Assembly (NCBI GenBank): GCA_964016885.1
Contig: OZ024760.1
Span: forward strand, 31,496,001 to 31,560,000
Source of the DNA: Eledone cirrhosa
Lineage: Eukaryota
Length of the DNA stretch: 64,000 nt
Reading direction: 5' to 3'
The notes beneath the pieces are model-generated. The model was not told where the DNA came from, ran no database searches, and saw only the letters and a list, made by a program, of their open reading frames with translations. A program made the translations under genes and the position numbers. Shown piece by piece: positions 11,320 to 30,627 of the stretch (its first letter is position 1; the number at the start of each line of letters is the position of its first letter).

Positions 11320-11460
11320 ATTCCGACAAAATGGCGGCAAAATGGTTAGCGGGAAGGCGTTATCCAATGAAAACATTTCATTTAAACGTTATGTAAATAT
11401 TTCCTAACGTCCATAGGAGACCAAATCTGATTGGACAAGTCATTGACTCACCCTCCCCAC
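11320..11460 (-). promoter_or_regulatory. Putative DEK proximal promoter / 5' UTR with YY1-like site and CCAAT boxes
   Basis: CAAAATGGCGGC (YY1 consensus) near 11327-11338, CCAAT near 11364 and ATTGG near 11430, directly upstream of the ATG exon. Confidence 0.5.
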
Positions 11461-11811
11461 CACACAATGGAGGAAGCTATTGTGTCTTCTAAACCTGTTG
11501 TGTTTGTTATAAGCAAACAGTTAATAAAGAAATAAAGAGTTTTATTTTATTTTCAGACAAGAATCCCATCTACGGCTTTTATATTTATTTTATTGTTAAA
11601 TATACAATATAAACTGCATTGTTAACACCCGATGTCTGTTTTACGTATGAATCGGTTACAAATATATAAAACTAATTTCGTATAATGTTCAGATATACAT
11701 CAAGATTTTGTTAAAAAAAATTGCCTATATTTAAAAGTTATTAATCAAGTTGACAAAGATTTTAAAAACATTGCTTTAACAGCCTTTATATATATATATA
11801 TTTTTTTTTTT

Positions 11812-12098
11812 CTAGGGCGGGTAAAATTCCCGAGATCCATGGACGAGTTCTCTCCTGCGGTCTCTGTCCCTCATTATCGCTGAGATGTACTGTGTCTCCA
11901 ACAGACAAGTGTCTGTCCTTAGGGCATCAACATACGTTAACCTTGGTCTTCCTCTTCCAGTGTGTCCATGTAGGGGCTCCCACAGGAGCACTGAGTGCAA
12001 TGTCGGTGAGCATGTCCAGCTAACCTCAGTCTCCTCTGTGTCACTTTTGAGCTGACTTTTGGGAGGCTCCCATACAGCTCTCAGTTTTTCACCCTCAG
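11812..12098 (-). mobile_element. RTE-clade LINE 3' fragment (family B), inverted relative to 12158-12560
   Basis: [26 protein letters not shown]...RDRDRRR, the RTE C-terminal GRP motif. Confidence 0.8.
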
Positions 12099-12157
12099 AT
12101 GATTTCAAACGAATGAAACAGTCTTAGTGCTGTAATAGTCTATATTGTGTATATATA

Positions 12158-12560
12158 TTGCTGTAGTGGAGTCTGTGCTGCTGTACGGGTCTGAGACTTG
12201 GACACTGACCAAGAAACTCACTCAGATGGTGGATGGGTGCTACACGAGAATGCTGAGGATGGCTCTGAACATTAATAAGTATACACTGAGGATGAAAAAC
12301 TCAGAGCTGTATGGGAGCCTCCCAAAAGTCAGCTCAAAAGTGACACAGAGGAGACTGAGGTTAGCTGGATATGCTCACCGACATTGCACTCAGTGCTCAT
12401 GTGGGTGTCCCTACATGGACACACTGGAAGAGGAAGACCAAAATTAACGTATGTTGATGCCCTAAGGACAGAGACTGGTCTGTTGGAGAAGCAGGACATG
12501 GCAGCGATAATGAGGGACAGAGACCGCTGGAGAGTACTCGGGAATTTTACCCGCCCTAGA
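12158..12560 (+). mobile_element. RTE-clade LINE 3' fragment (family B)
   Basis: VESVLLYGSETWTLT...YTRMLRMAL...QRRLRLAG...GRGRPKLTYVD; frameshifted. Confidence 0.85.
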
Positions 12561-12799
12561 ATATACTGATTAATATATATATATATTAATCAGTATATAT
12601 ATATATACACAATATAGACTATTACAGCACTAGGACTGTTTCATTCGTATGAAATCATCTGGAAAGTCCTTAATTGCAATATAAAATAGATATGTGCCTG
12701 CACTAATGTATTATGTACCGTATTTAATTGTGGTTTCCTTTCGGAAAGCCATTCCGTATTTTATATATACATTTATATAGTGTCATAGAGCAGACATCC

Positions 12800-13190
12800 T
12801 TGGGCGATTTAAATTTGTGATTCTCTGCGAGTTAGAAATAAAAGTTCACCGATATTTGTACAAACACAATAACTGAGAAAATAAACATATGTGTTAACCA
12901 CAAATAATTATTAAATTAGGCTAGATATTCTAAACAAAAGAATTTGTTAAATTTTCTAATATTTTGCAGGCATGAGTTATCGTTCTTTAAGTCGGGAATA
13001 AAAGAATAGAATTAAAGGAAGATAACTCGCTGTAGCATTAAAATTATCAGAATATTTAGATATATTGAGACAGGAATTGGTCACCTAACACAGTTTAAAA
13101 GAATATTTTAATAGAACACACTGTCTATATGTCTCTATCTTCATAGACACAATGAAGCAGTTCTAGTTCTGTAGAGACCATTTCTATATT
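12800..13190 (+). mobile_element. Highly degenerate Penelope-like element 3' end (C-terminal endonuclease relic plus broken hammerhead)
   Basis: Short peptide relics LCELE, ILNKR and CRHE resemble the PLE C-terminal C..LC..EK...LNKR.E....CRH motif. They are followed by GAAGCAGTTCTAGTTCTGTAGAGAC, homologous to the 24.2-kb hammerhead 3' half. Confidence 0.4.
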
Positions 13191-13364
13191 AAAGATATAT
13201 ATACATACATATATTATATATATATGAGAGAGAGAGAGATGTATATATATATATTTTTAAGCTTGATGAATCCCAACAAATTAAATATAACCTCTGCATA
13301 TATATATATATATATATATATTAATTCAAAATATTAACAAAATAGATATTCTTGTGATCAAGTA

Positions 13365-13431
13365 TATTTTATTATATATATTTCAGAGGTACTGAGTTAA
13401 GTTCAACAGTAAGTCCTCATCAGATAAAATA
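13365..13431 (-). ncRNA. Type I hammerhead ribozyme (mirror copy)
   Basis: Reverse-complement arm; stem III here is the perfect palindrome ATATATAT. Confidence 0.72.
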
Positions 13432-13506
13432 AGATGATGCACGACATACCCCACTACTTTGACTGAATCTTAACCATCTACTGTCAGGGTATGTCATGCA
13501 TCATCT

Positions 13507-13573
13507 TATTTTATCTGATGAGGACGTACTGTTGAACTTAACTCAGTACCTCTGAAATATGTATAATAAAATA
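13507..13573 (+). ncRNA. Type I hammerhead ribozyme
   Basis: TATTTTAT-CTGATGA-[GGACGTACTG...CAGTACCTCT]-GAAA-TATGTA-TA-ATAAAATA: 8-bp stem I, hairpin stem II, near-palindromic stem III, AUA site after 13565. Confidence 0.75.
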
Positions 13574-14358
13574 TACTTGATCTCAAGAATATCTATTTTG
13601 TTAATATTTTGAATTAATATTAATAACTCTGTAAAACCAATTTTGTTGAGTGCTTCCAATCTATTGTAAAACTCATTCTTTGATGTATTCATTGAACCTT
13701 GTTTAACTTTTAAATGTATATATATTAGACAGGAATAAAAAAGAGAGGCAGTACAAATGGTATATATATATATAGAGAGAGAGAGATTATATTTTAGATA
13801 GAAAGAAAGTAGCACTGACAAAACTACATGTGTGTACGTGCGAGCACTGACATTGATTTGACTTCCTGGTCAGGTCAAATTCGGACACAAAAATAAAAAC
13901 ATAATAATAATTTAAAATTCATTGAAAACAAAATATTGTAACCCAGGGCCGCAGATTAAATATAAGCTATTTTATTTTCCCGACAAATCAATGTAGATAT
14001 ATTTGAAAATAAAATATTTATTTTTCCATTAAATAGTATTTTCGTTCCGGTTATATTTTTTGGTGCAACATTTTTCATAGCTTGTCAAATATTTTTATTT
14101 TCGTTTTCATTTCCTTCTAACATTCACTGCGAAGACCACAATTCCACTGTCACAATCGTTACCACACTAATATTTATATTTATACTGCATACACACACAT
14201 ACATATATTATATTGTATATATACACATATATATTGTATATATACACATATTTATATTGTATATATAAACATTTATATATATACTGTATATATATATATA
14301 TATATTGTATATATACATATGTATATAAGTATATAGATACATATATATGTATATATAA

Positions 14359-14409
<51 letters not shown>

Positions 14410-14869
14410 ACTATGTATATATTTATTAATATAAACATACATAGGAGCAGCATGTTATTAAATGGTTTTTACACACGAGGGAATTCCTGAAAAAAAAATT
14501 ATATATATATATATAATAATTTGTATTATATATACATAAAAAAAACAACATCAAACAAGAGAAATAGCTAATTAGGGAAAGGAAAGTGAGAAAATCTGGC
14601 GAAGAGGAGGTTAATAGTTCGATCCTTGATGTCAGCGATGATATGGTAAGTTGCTATTGTTTTACATTTTGTTGTTTATTAGTTGGAGTTATTCACCGAA
14701 ACAACTGCTTGTTTTTGTTGGTTTGTTTGTCCTATTGTAATGACTCGTTACTAATGACACTAATTAATTAAGTTACAACTAGTCGTTAACTAATTTACAA
14801 GATCCGGTTGCATTTTGGTCTTGTGCACTACTTTGTGTATATATAAACTTTGTAAATATTGTATAAACA

Positions 14870-17104
<2,235 letters not shown>

Positions 17105-17527
17105 TCACTGGACCGAGACCTTTGGCGGTACTCAGTAACAGAGAAGACCCGCCTTGCCAGTAGGCATCTCTAACAAAATACACCCCGTCCCGCCACCTCC
17201 ACCACCCATCCACACCACCCGTCCTATGTAAAGTTATGTTGGTGCCGCGCCATCCAGGCCGAAACAAATGAGATCGTGTAGGTGTCACGACAAAAAAACA
17301 CACAGTCCACGCTGTAATGTGGCCGTGTAGGCAACACGGTAAAAACCTCCCAGACCCACACTGTAAATGTGGTTGGTGTTAGGAAGGGCATCCAACTGTA
17401 GAAAACCTGCCAGACAGTCCTATGCGAGCAAGACAATCACTCTTGCCTCAAGTGGGACTACCCCCGTCCAAACCCATGCAAGCGTGGAACACGGACGTTA
17501 AACGTTGATGATGATGATGATGATGAT
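17105..17527 (+). mobile_element. RTE LINE family A 3' end with (GAT)n tail, 5'-truncated
   Basis: [22 protein letters not shown], and a 3' UTR nearly identical to 27207-27625. Confidence 0.9.
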
Positions 17528-18939
<1,412 letters not shown>

Positions 18940-19416
18940 GGTGGCTGCCAACTCGTTTTCGAGTACGGCCACTACTTTATATCCATGTAGGAGGACCCCT
19001 ACCGATGCGCTGAACGAGTGTGACTTTTCAGTCCGGCCAGCGACCTGAAAACCCTGGTACAAACACTACACATGTGACAATTATTGACACATAGTGCTGG
19101 GCCCATGGTACCATGTGACGACAAGTGCAGAGAGATCTCCAGATATAAAGCAATGCCTGTGCCGTGAAGTTTTTATAGTGAGCAAAGGCACTGCACAAAG
19201 CCAGTCCCACTCTCTTAACCAAGATGATATTTACCAAAAAGAAGAACAAGTCAACATCATTGGATATCATCAGGGTTGCAGGTGTGATATCAGAGTTTTC
19301 CTTCTCCTAGAATTCTGCCTTGACAAAGGCTAAGGGGTCATCTCTCCGGTGATTTTGGATGGCCATTGACTCTTAAGAGCTCCTTTGCCCTTTGACAGGT
19401 TTTGTTTTTAGTCCTG

Positions 19417-19616
19417 NNNNNNNNNNNNNNNNNNNNNNNNNNNNNNNNNNNNNNNNNNNNNNNNNNNNNNNNNNNNNNNNNNNNNNNNNNNNNNNNNNNN
19501 NNNNNNNNNNNNNNNNNNNNNNNNNNNNNNNNNNNNNNNNNNNNNNNNNNNNNNNNNNNNNNNNNNNNNNNNNNNNNNNNNNNNNNNNNNNNNNNNNNNN
19601 NNNNNNNNNNNNNNNN
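19417..19616. other. Assembly gap (200 N)
   Basis: Run of N. Confidence 1.
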
Positions 19617-20860
19617 CATACAACCGGCCTTTCGTACGCAGGGAGAAACCCTTCTTCGTCAACAGAGGAAGCAGCTCCCTAAACTTCTTCCAACCCGTCC
19701 TTATTCTAGATACTATGGCCTCGGAACACCCTCCTCCCATGCTAATCTGATCTCCTAGGTACCGGAAGCTATCCACCACTTCTATAGCGCCCTCTCGCAT
19801 TTGAAAAATGTGTCTATCAGTGCGACTTCTACTGTCTAATTTCCCTGTACATCTACTGCATACATATTTCTCCCTACCTGTTAGTTTGCCTGCTATCCCG
19901 CTACATCTCTTGTGTACCCAGGACCTACATTGTGTGCATTTTATAGAATTTATGCCAGTTCCTTTTCTGCATATCGAACATGGCCATTTCCCTGACGGAA
20001 TCAGGGTTTTGTCCTCTTTTCTACTCATCAACACTTTTGTCTTAGCTAGATTTACTCTCAGTCCTCTTGCTTCCAACTGCTGTTTCCATAGCCGGAATTT
20101 ATTCTCTAGCTCCTCTACTGATTCTGCCATAAGAGCCAGATCGTCAGCATAGAGAAGTTCCCATGGACAGCCAGTCTTAAACTCCTCTGTTATGGCTTGG
20201 AGGACTATAATGAACAAGAGCGGGCTGAGGACCGAACCCTGATGTACTCCTCACTAAACTCCATTCCTACCCTGACTTTACTGAGAGTACCTCTGTACAA
20301 AGTTTGCACTGTCCTTACAAGCCATTCCTCAACACCCAGCTTCCTTAGGGACCACCAGATGACAGATCGGGGTACCCTATCAAAGGCCTTCTCTAGGTCA
20401 ACAAAGGCCAAGTATAGTGGCTTATTCTTCTCTAAGAACCTCTCTTGCATTTGTCTCACCAAGAAGAGGGCATCTGTTGTACTCTTCCCAGGCACAAAAC
20501 CAAACTGCATCTCATCTAGTTTGACCCTTTCTCTAATTAGTTGTGCTAAAATCCTTTCTGCCACTTTCATAACCTGATCTATCAGTTTTATACCCCTATA
20601 ATTGCTCCTCTCCAAAGCATCCCCTTTACCTTTGTAGCAATTTATGAGAATACTGCTGCACCAGTCTTTGGGTATGACACCACCATATATAGCCTGATTG
20701 ATTATGCGTGCAACCAGTTTAGTGCCTACGTCCCCTGATGCCTTCAGCATCTCAGCAACTATTCCCGATGGTCCGGCCGCCTTACCATTTTTCATTTCCC
20801 TAATCGCCTCTTGGACCCTATATTCGTCAATCTCAATAGCTGGTCCCTCTGTCGGATCTA
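19617..20860 (-). mobile_element. RTE LINE reverse transcriptase fragment, frameshifted; near-identical to 62454-63715
   Basis: [32 protein letters not shown] and FRYLG motifs. A 19-bp deletion near 20250 breaks the frame. Confidence 0.93.
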
Positions 20861-20898
20861 CCTATATATATATCTATATATATATATATATATATATA

Positions 20899-20933
<35 letters not shown>

Positions 20934-20986
20934 ACATATATATATATATATACATATATATCTACATATATATATATATATATATC

Positions 20987-21033
<47 letters not shown>

Positions 21034-21053
21034 ACATATATATATATATATAT

Positions 21054-21200
<147 letters not shown>

Positions 21201-21213
21201 ACATATATATATA

Positions 21214-21636
21214 TCACTGGACCGAGACCTTTGGCGGTACTCAGTAACAGAGAAGACCCGCCTTGCCAGTAGGCATCTCTAACAAAATACACCCCGTCCC
21301 GCCACCTCCCCCACCCATCCACACCACCCGTCCTATGTAAAGTTATGTTGGTGCCGCGCCATCCAGGCCGAAACAAATGAGATCGTGTAGGTGTCACGAC
21401 AAAAAAACACACAGTCCACGCTGTAATGTGGCCGTGTAGGCAACACGGTAAAAACCTCCCAGACCCACACTGTAAATGTGGTTGGTGTTAGGAAGGGCAT
21501 CCAACTGTAGAAAACCTGCCAGACAGTCCTATGCGAGCAAGACAATCACTCTTGCCTCAAGTGGGAGTACCCCCGTCCAAACCCATGCAAGCGTGGAACA
21601 CGGACGTTAAACGTTGATGATGATGATGATGATGAT
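21214..21636 (+). mobile_element. RTE LINE family A 3' end with (GAT)n tail
   Basis: Same sequence and same 5' breakpoint as 17105-17527. Confidence 0.9.
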
Positions 21637-21667
21637 CTACATATATATATATATATATATATATATC

Positions 21668-21736
<69 letters not shown>

Positions 21737-21765
21737 ACATATATATATATATATATATATATATC

Positions 21766-21812
<47 letters not shown>

Positions 21813-21893
21813 ACATATATATATATATATATATATCTCCATATATATATATATATATATATATATCTACATATATATATATATATATATATC

Positions 21894-21928
<35 letters not shown>

Positions 21929-21938
21929 ACATATATAT

Positions 21939-22007
<69 letters not shown>

Positions 22008-22032
22008 ACATATATATATATATATATATATC

Positions 22033-22063
<31 letters not shown>

Positions 22064-22148
22064 CTACATATATATATATATATATATATATATCTACATA
22101 TATATATATATATATATATATATCTACATATATATATATATATATATC

Positions 22149-22183
<35 letters not shown>

Positions 22184-22234
22184 ACATATATATATATATA
22201 TATATCTACATATATATATATATATATATATATC

Positions 22235-22319
<85 letters not shown>

Positions 22320-22321
22320 AC

Positions 22322-22408
<87 letters not shown>

Positions 22409-22445
22409 TATATACATATATATATACATATATATATATATATAC

Positions 22446-22882
<437 letters not shown>

Positions 22883-22883
22883 C

Positions 22884-22928
<45 letters not shown>

Positions 22929-22935
22929 TATATAC

Positions 22936-23010
<75 letters not shown>

Positions 23011-23011
23011 C

Positions 23012-23370
<359 letters not shown>

Positions 23371-23375
23371 TCTAT

Positions 23376-23533
23376 CTAAGGCGGGTAAAATTCCCGAGAT
23401 CCATGGACGAGTTCTCTCCAGCGGTCTCTGTCCCTCATTATCGCTGCCATGTTCTGGGTCTCCAACAGACCAGTGTCTGTCCTTAGGGCATCAACATATG
23501 TTAACCTTGGTCTTCCTCTTCCAGTGTGTCCAT
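23376..23533 (-). mobile_element. RTE family B 3' terminal fragment
   Basis: [42 protein letters not shown], homologous to 11812-11970. Confidence 0.85.
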
Positions 23534-23534
23534 G

Positions 23535-23750
<216 letters not shown>

Positions 23751-23757
23751 TATATAC

Positions 23758-24008
<251 letters not shown>

Positions 24009-24081
24009 TATATACGTTATTCCGGGTTGAATCGGAGGTAACCACAGTAAGTAAGGTACTCAATACATAGCAGAGTATAAC

Positions 24082-24217
24082 AGTTATAATATAGATGAGA
24101 TTCTACAGGACTAGAACTGTTTCATTCATTAGAAATCATCAGGAATCAGGAGATTCCTGATGATTTCTAATGAATGAAACAGTTCTAGTCCTGTAGAATC
24201 TCATCTATATTATAACT
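24082..24217. repeat. Perfect inverted repeat, 66-bp arms, 4-bp spacer
   Basis: 24082-24147 is the reverse complement of 24152-24217. Confidence 0.95.
24150..24202 (+). ncRNA. Type I hammerhead ribozyme (mirror copy at 24099-24147, minus strand)
   Basis: GAGATTC-CTGATGA-TTTCTAATGAAT-GAA-ACAG-TTCTAGTC-CTGT-A-GAATCTC: 7-bp stem I, short stem II (TTC/GAA, non-canonical U-U first pair), 4-bp stem III, GUA site after 24195. Confidence 0.68.
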
Positions 24218-24220
24218 ATA

Positions 24221-24330
<110 letters not shown>

Positions 24331-24334
24331 TATG

Positions 24335-24376
<42 letters not shown>

Positions 24377-24379
24377 TGT

Positions 24380-25034
<655 letters not shown>

Positions 25035-25180
25035 TGTTTAATATTTTATCTTGACTCTGTATACCGTTTATCTTTCACCGAAAGTGGTTTTTCATTACAT
25101 CTCTTCTTTCCATGATATCCGGAATACATTGAGTTCTTCATACGGATTGGACACTACCGTAAACTCTTGGTAGATTTATC

Positions 25181-25420
<240 letters not shown>

Positions 25421-25429
25421 TATACATAC

Positions 25430-25750
<321 letters not shown>

Positions 25751-25759
25751 TATACATAC

Positions 25760-26055
<296 letters not shown>

Positions 26056-26090
26056 CTATCTATATATATATATATATATACATATATATA

Positions 26091-26129
<39 letters not shown>

Positions 26130-26134
<5 letters not shown>

Positions 26135-27625
26135 AGCCATGTATAAAGAAACAGTCAGCAAGGTTAGAATTAACAACGAATATAGTGAAGAGTTTAGCGC
26201 AAAAGTTGGCGTCCATCAGGGCTCTGTTCTCAGCCCCCTACTATTTATTATTGCCCTTCAGGCTATAACATAGGAGTTCAAGACAGGCTGCCCGTGGGAA
26301 CTCCTATACGCAGACGACCTGACACTCATAGCGGAATCAATGGCCGAGCTAGAGAAGAAATTCCAAACATGGAAGCACGGCCTAGAGTCAAAAGGACTTA
26401 AAATTAACCTGGCTAAGACCAAAGTTCTAGTTTGTAGGAAAGAAAACAAGGCGGCGGTCCCTTCTGGGAAATGGTCGTGCTCGGTGTGTAGGAAAGGCGT
26501 AGGTAGAAACTCTATTTTATGTCCTAAATGCAAAGTATGGGTGCATAAAAGATGTAGTGGGATCACAGGTAAGCTAACTAAGAACATACATTTTACATGT
26601 GGCCGGTGTTCTGGTGCAATAAGTAGCAGCAAGTGGCCACAAAATACTAGCTCTTTCAATTGCGCAGAGGGTTCTATAGAAATAGTGGACAGCTTCCGTT
26701 ACCTGGGCGATAAAATCAGCAGTGGGGGAGGGTGCTCTGAAAGTACTGTAGCTAGAGTCAGAACTGGTTGGAAAAAGTTCAGAGAGCTTATACCACTATT
26801 AGCTGCTAAAGGGTTCTCCCTAAAAATGAAAGGCAGGTTGTACGATGCCTGCATACGAACAGCAATGTTGCATGGCAGTGAGACCTGGGCATTGTGTGCA
26901 GAGGATATACGCAGACTAGAGAGGAACGAAGCTTGCATGCTCCGCTGGATGTGTAACAGTAATATACGTGAACGACAAAGCATAAACGAACTAAGGAAAA
27001 AATTAGAGATAAGAGGGATCAGATGTTGTTTACTCGAGAGAAGGCTACGTTGGTATGGACACGTGATGCGCATGAAAGTCGATAGCTGTATAACAAAGTG
27101 CAGGGCAATAAAGATAGACGGTAGCCACGGAATAGGCAGACCTAGAAAAACCTGGGACGAGCTGATAAACTCCGACCTCACACACTTACACCTCTCCAAG
27201 ACAATGTCACTGGACCGAGACCTTTGGCGGTACTCAGTAACAGAGAAGACCCGCCTTGCCAGTAGGCATCTCTAACAAAATACACCCCGTCCCGCCACCA
27301 CCCCCACCCCATCCACACCACCCCGTTCTATGTAAAGTTATGTTGGTGCCGCGCCATCCAGGCCAAAACAAATGAGATCGTGTAGGTGTCACGACAAAAA
27401 AACACACAGTCCACGCTGTAATGTGGCCGTGTAGGCAACACGGTAAAAACCTCCCAGACCCACACTGTAAATGTGGTTGGTGTTAGGAAGGGCATCCAAC
27501 TGTAGAAAACCTGCCAGACAGTCCTATGCGAGCAAGACAATCACTCTTGCCTCAAGTGGGACTACCCCCGTCCAAACCCATGCAAGTGTGGAACATGGAC
27601 GTTAAACGTTGATGATGATGATGAT
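26130..27625 (+). mobile_element. 5'-truncated RTE LINE family A (RT second half, C-terminus, 3' UTR, (GAT)n tail)
   Basis: [44 protein letters not shown] and GRPRKTW motifs; one premature TAG at 26271. Confidence 0.95.
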
Positions 27626-27626
27626 A

Positions 27627-27808
<182 letters not shown>

Positions 27809-27830
27809 TATATATATATATATATATATA

Positions 27831-27895
<65 letters not shown>

Positions 27896-27914
27896 GCATA
27901 TATATATATATATT

Positions 27915-27981
<67 letters not shown>

Positions 27982-28002
27982 ATATACATGCATATATATA
28001 TT

Positions 28003-28102
<100 letters not shown>

Positions 28103-28159
28103 TATCTACATATATATATATATAATATAACATCAAAAGATGGTTAAAGGAGTTCCATG

Positions 28160-28230
28160 TATTTTATTATGCGCATTTCAAAAACAAACATCATCATGCA
28201 ATAATATTTGTGTTTTCATCAGATAAAACA
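28160..28230 (-). ncRNA. Type I hammerhead ribozyme (mirror copy)
   Basis: Reverse complement of 28351-28421. Confidence 0.78.
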
Positions 28231-28350
28231 GGAGAACATGATATGAAGGCTAAAAAACACTTGTGGATAGTGCAGTTTTAAATCAACATATATGTTGATT
28301 TAAAACTGCACTATCCACAAGTGTTTTTTAGCCTTCACATCATGTTCTCC

Positions 28351-28421
28351 TGTTTTATCTGATGAAAACACAAATATTATTGCATGATGATGTTTGTTTT
28401 TGAAATGCGCATAATAAAATA
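28351..28421 (+). ncRNA. Type I hammerhead ribozyme
   Basis: TGTTTTAT-CTGATGA-[16-bp hairpin with 3 G-U pairs, 1 mismatch, GCAT loop]-GAAA-TGCGCA-TA-ATAAAATA; palindromic stem III ATGCGCAT, AUA site after 28413. Confidence 0.8.
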
Positions 28422-28542
28422 CATGGATCTCCTTTAACCATCTTTTGATCTTATATTATGTATACTCCAGTCCTACAAACTGTAGAGTGCTTCTTATCCG
28501 ATATCTGCATTGCTTTATTGTACTACAATAAAACTCACCTCC

Positions 28543-28603
<61 letters not shown>

Positions 28604-28662
28604 ACATATATATATATATATATATGTATATCTACATATATATATATATATATATATATATC

Positions 28663-28693
<31 letters not shown>

Positions 28694-28694
28694 C

Positions 28695-28735
<41 letters not shown>

Positions 28736-28736
28736 C

Positions 28737-28767
<31 letters not shown>

Positions 28768-28768
28768 C

Positions 28769-28799
<31 letters not shown>

Positions 28800-28800
28800 C

Positions 28801-28839
<39 letters not shown>

Positions 28840-28840
28840 C

Positions 28841-29097
<257 letters not shown>

Positions 29098-29165
29098 TAT
29101 ATATATATATATGCATATATATATATATGCATATATATATATATTTATATATATATATATATATA

Positions 29166-29818
29166 ACTTTGAATAACTTTGAAATGTTTTGGCCAGTATT
29201 GGCCCAGGCCATGTCTAACTTAATAGCACCACCTGGCGAAGTCTTTCAATTCAGGATTTGGGCACCATGGCCCATTCGAGAAGAGAATTACTGTTTGCGG
29301 AGACATATCCGGGTGTGGGTGGTTTGTCCGGGATTACTTGGAGGAATTTGTCCAAAGACTTCTTGAATTTTGTGTGGTCAGTTTCTGTTTTAACGTGTCC
29401 TGGTGTGATGTTGAAGAGAGCAGGGCCGACTGAGGTGAAATAATTGTGCCGTATTGTTGTTATGAGTTGCGATTTAGATTTTTGAATGGGACGGATAGCA
29501 CGGGGCCCAAGCCTTGAGTGTATCTTGAAGGCGATGCCAACATCATTTGGGCAGTGATGATGGAACATTTTCCACATCATGCAGATAATATAACGCTCAC
29601 GGCGACGTTGGAGTGAGTAAAGTTTCAGGTTTTCTAATCGACCCCAGTAGTCAAGGTCTGACATGCCATCTATCTTTTTCGTGATTGCCCTTTGAGGAGC
29701 TTCAAGTTTCATGATACTTTGTTTCGTGTGGGGAGACCACAGTGGACAACAGTATTCAAGGTGTGGTCGGGCAAAAGTAGAGAAGAGAAGGATAATGGTG
29801 CGGGAATCTCTCGACTGG

Positions 29819-29820
<2 letters not shown>
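29166..29820 (-). mobile_element. CR1-clade LINE 3' fragment, near-identical to 33064-33717
   Basis: [13 protein letters not shown]...LYSLQRRRERY...; same 3' UTR and (TTCAAAGTTA)2 tail. Confidence 0.92.
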
Positions 29821-29873
<53 letters not shown>

Positions 29874-29949
29874 ATATATATGTATATGCATATATATATA
29901 TATATATATCTACATATATATATAATCTACATATATATATATATATCTA

Positions 29950-30026
<77 letters not shown>

Positions 30027-30157
30027 ACATATATATATATATATATATATATCTACATATATATATATATATATATCTACATATATATATATATATATAT
30101 ATATATCTACATATATATATATATATATATATTTACATATATATATATATATATATC

Positions 30158-30193
<36 letters not shown>

Positions 30194-30557
30194 TATATAT
30201 ATATATATGCATATATATATATATATATATGCATATATATATATATATATATGCATATATATATATATATATATGCATATATATATATATATATATATGC
30301 ATATATATATATGCATATATATGCATATATATATATATGCATATATATATATATATATGCATATATATATATGCATATATATATATATATATATGCATAT
30401 ATATATATATATATATACATGCATATATATATATGCATATATATATATATATATATATATGCATATATATATATATATATGCATATATATATATATATAT
30501 ATATGCATATATATATATATATATATGCATATATATATATATATTCATATATATATA

Positions 30558-30623
<66 letters not shown>

Positions 30624-30627
30624 TATA

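Larger units (their letters stand above)
13318..13620. repeat. Inverted repeat, 134-bp arms with 35-bp spacer
   Basis: 13318-13451 is the near-perfect reverse complement of 13487-13620. Confidence 0.95.
28123..28458. repeat. Near-perfect palindrome, 168-bp arms, no spacer
   Basis: Centre CAACATA|TATGTTG at 28290/28291, with only a few mismatches. Confidence 0.96.
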
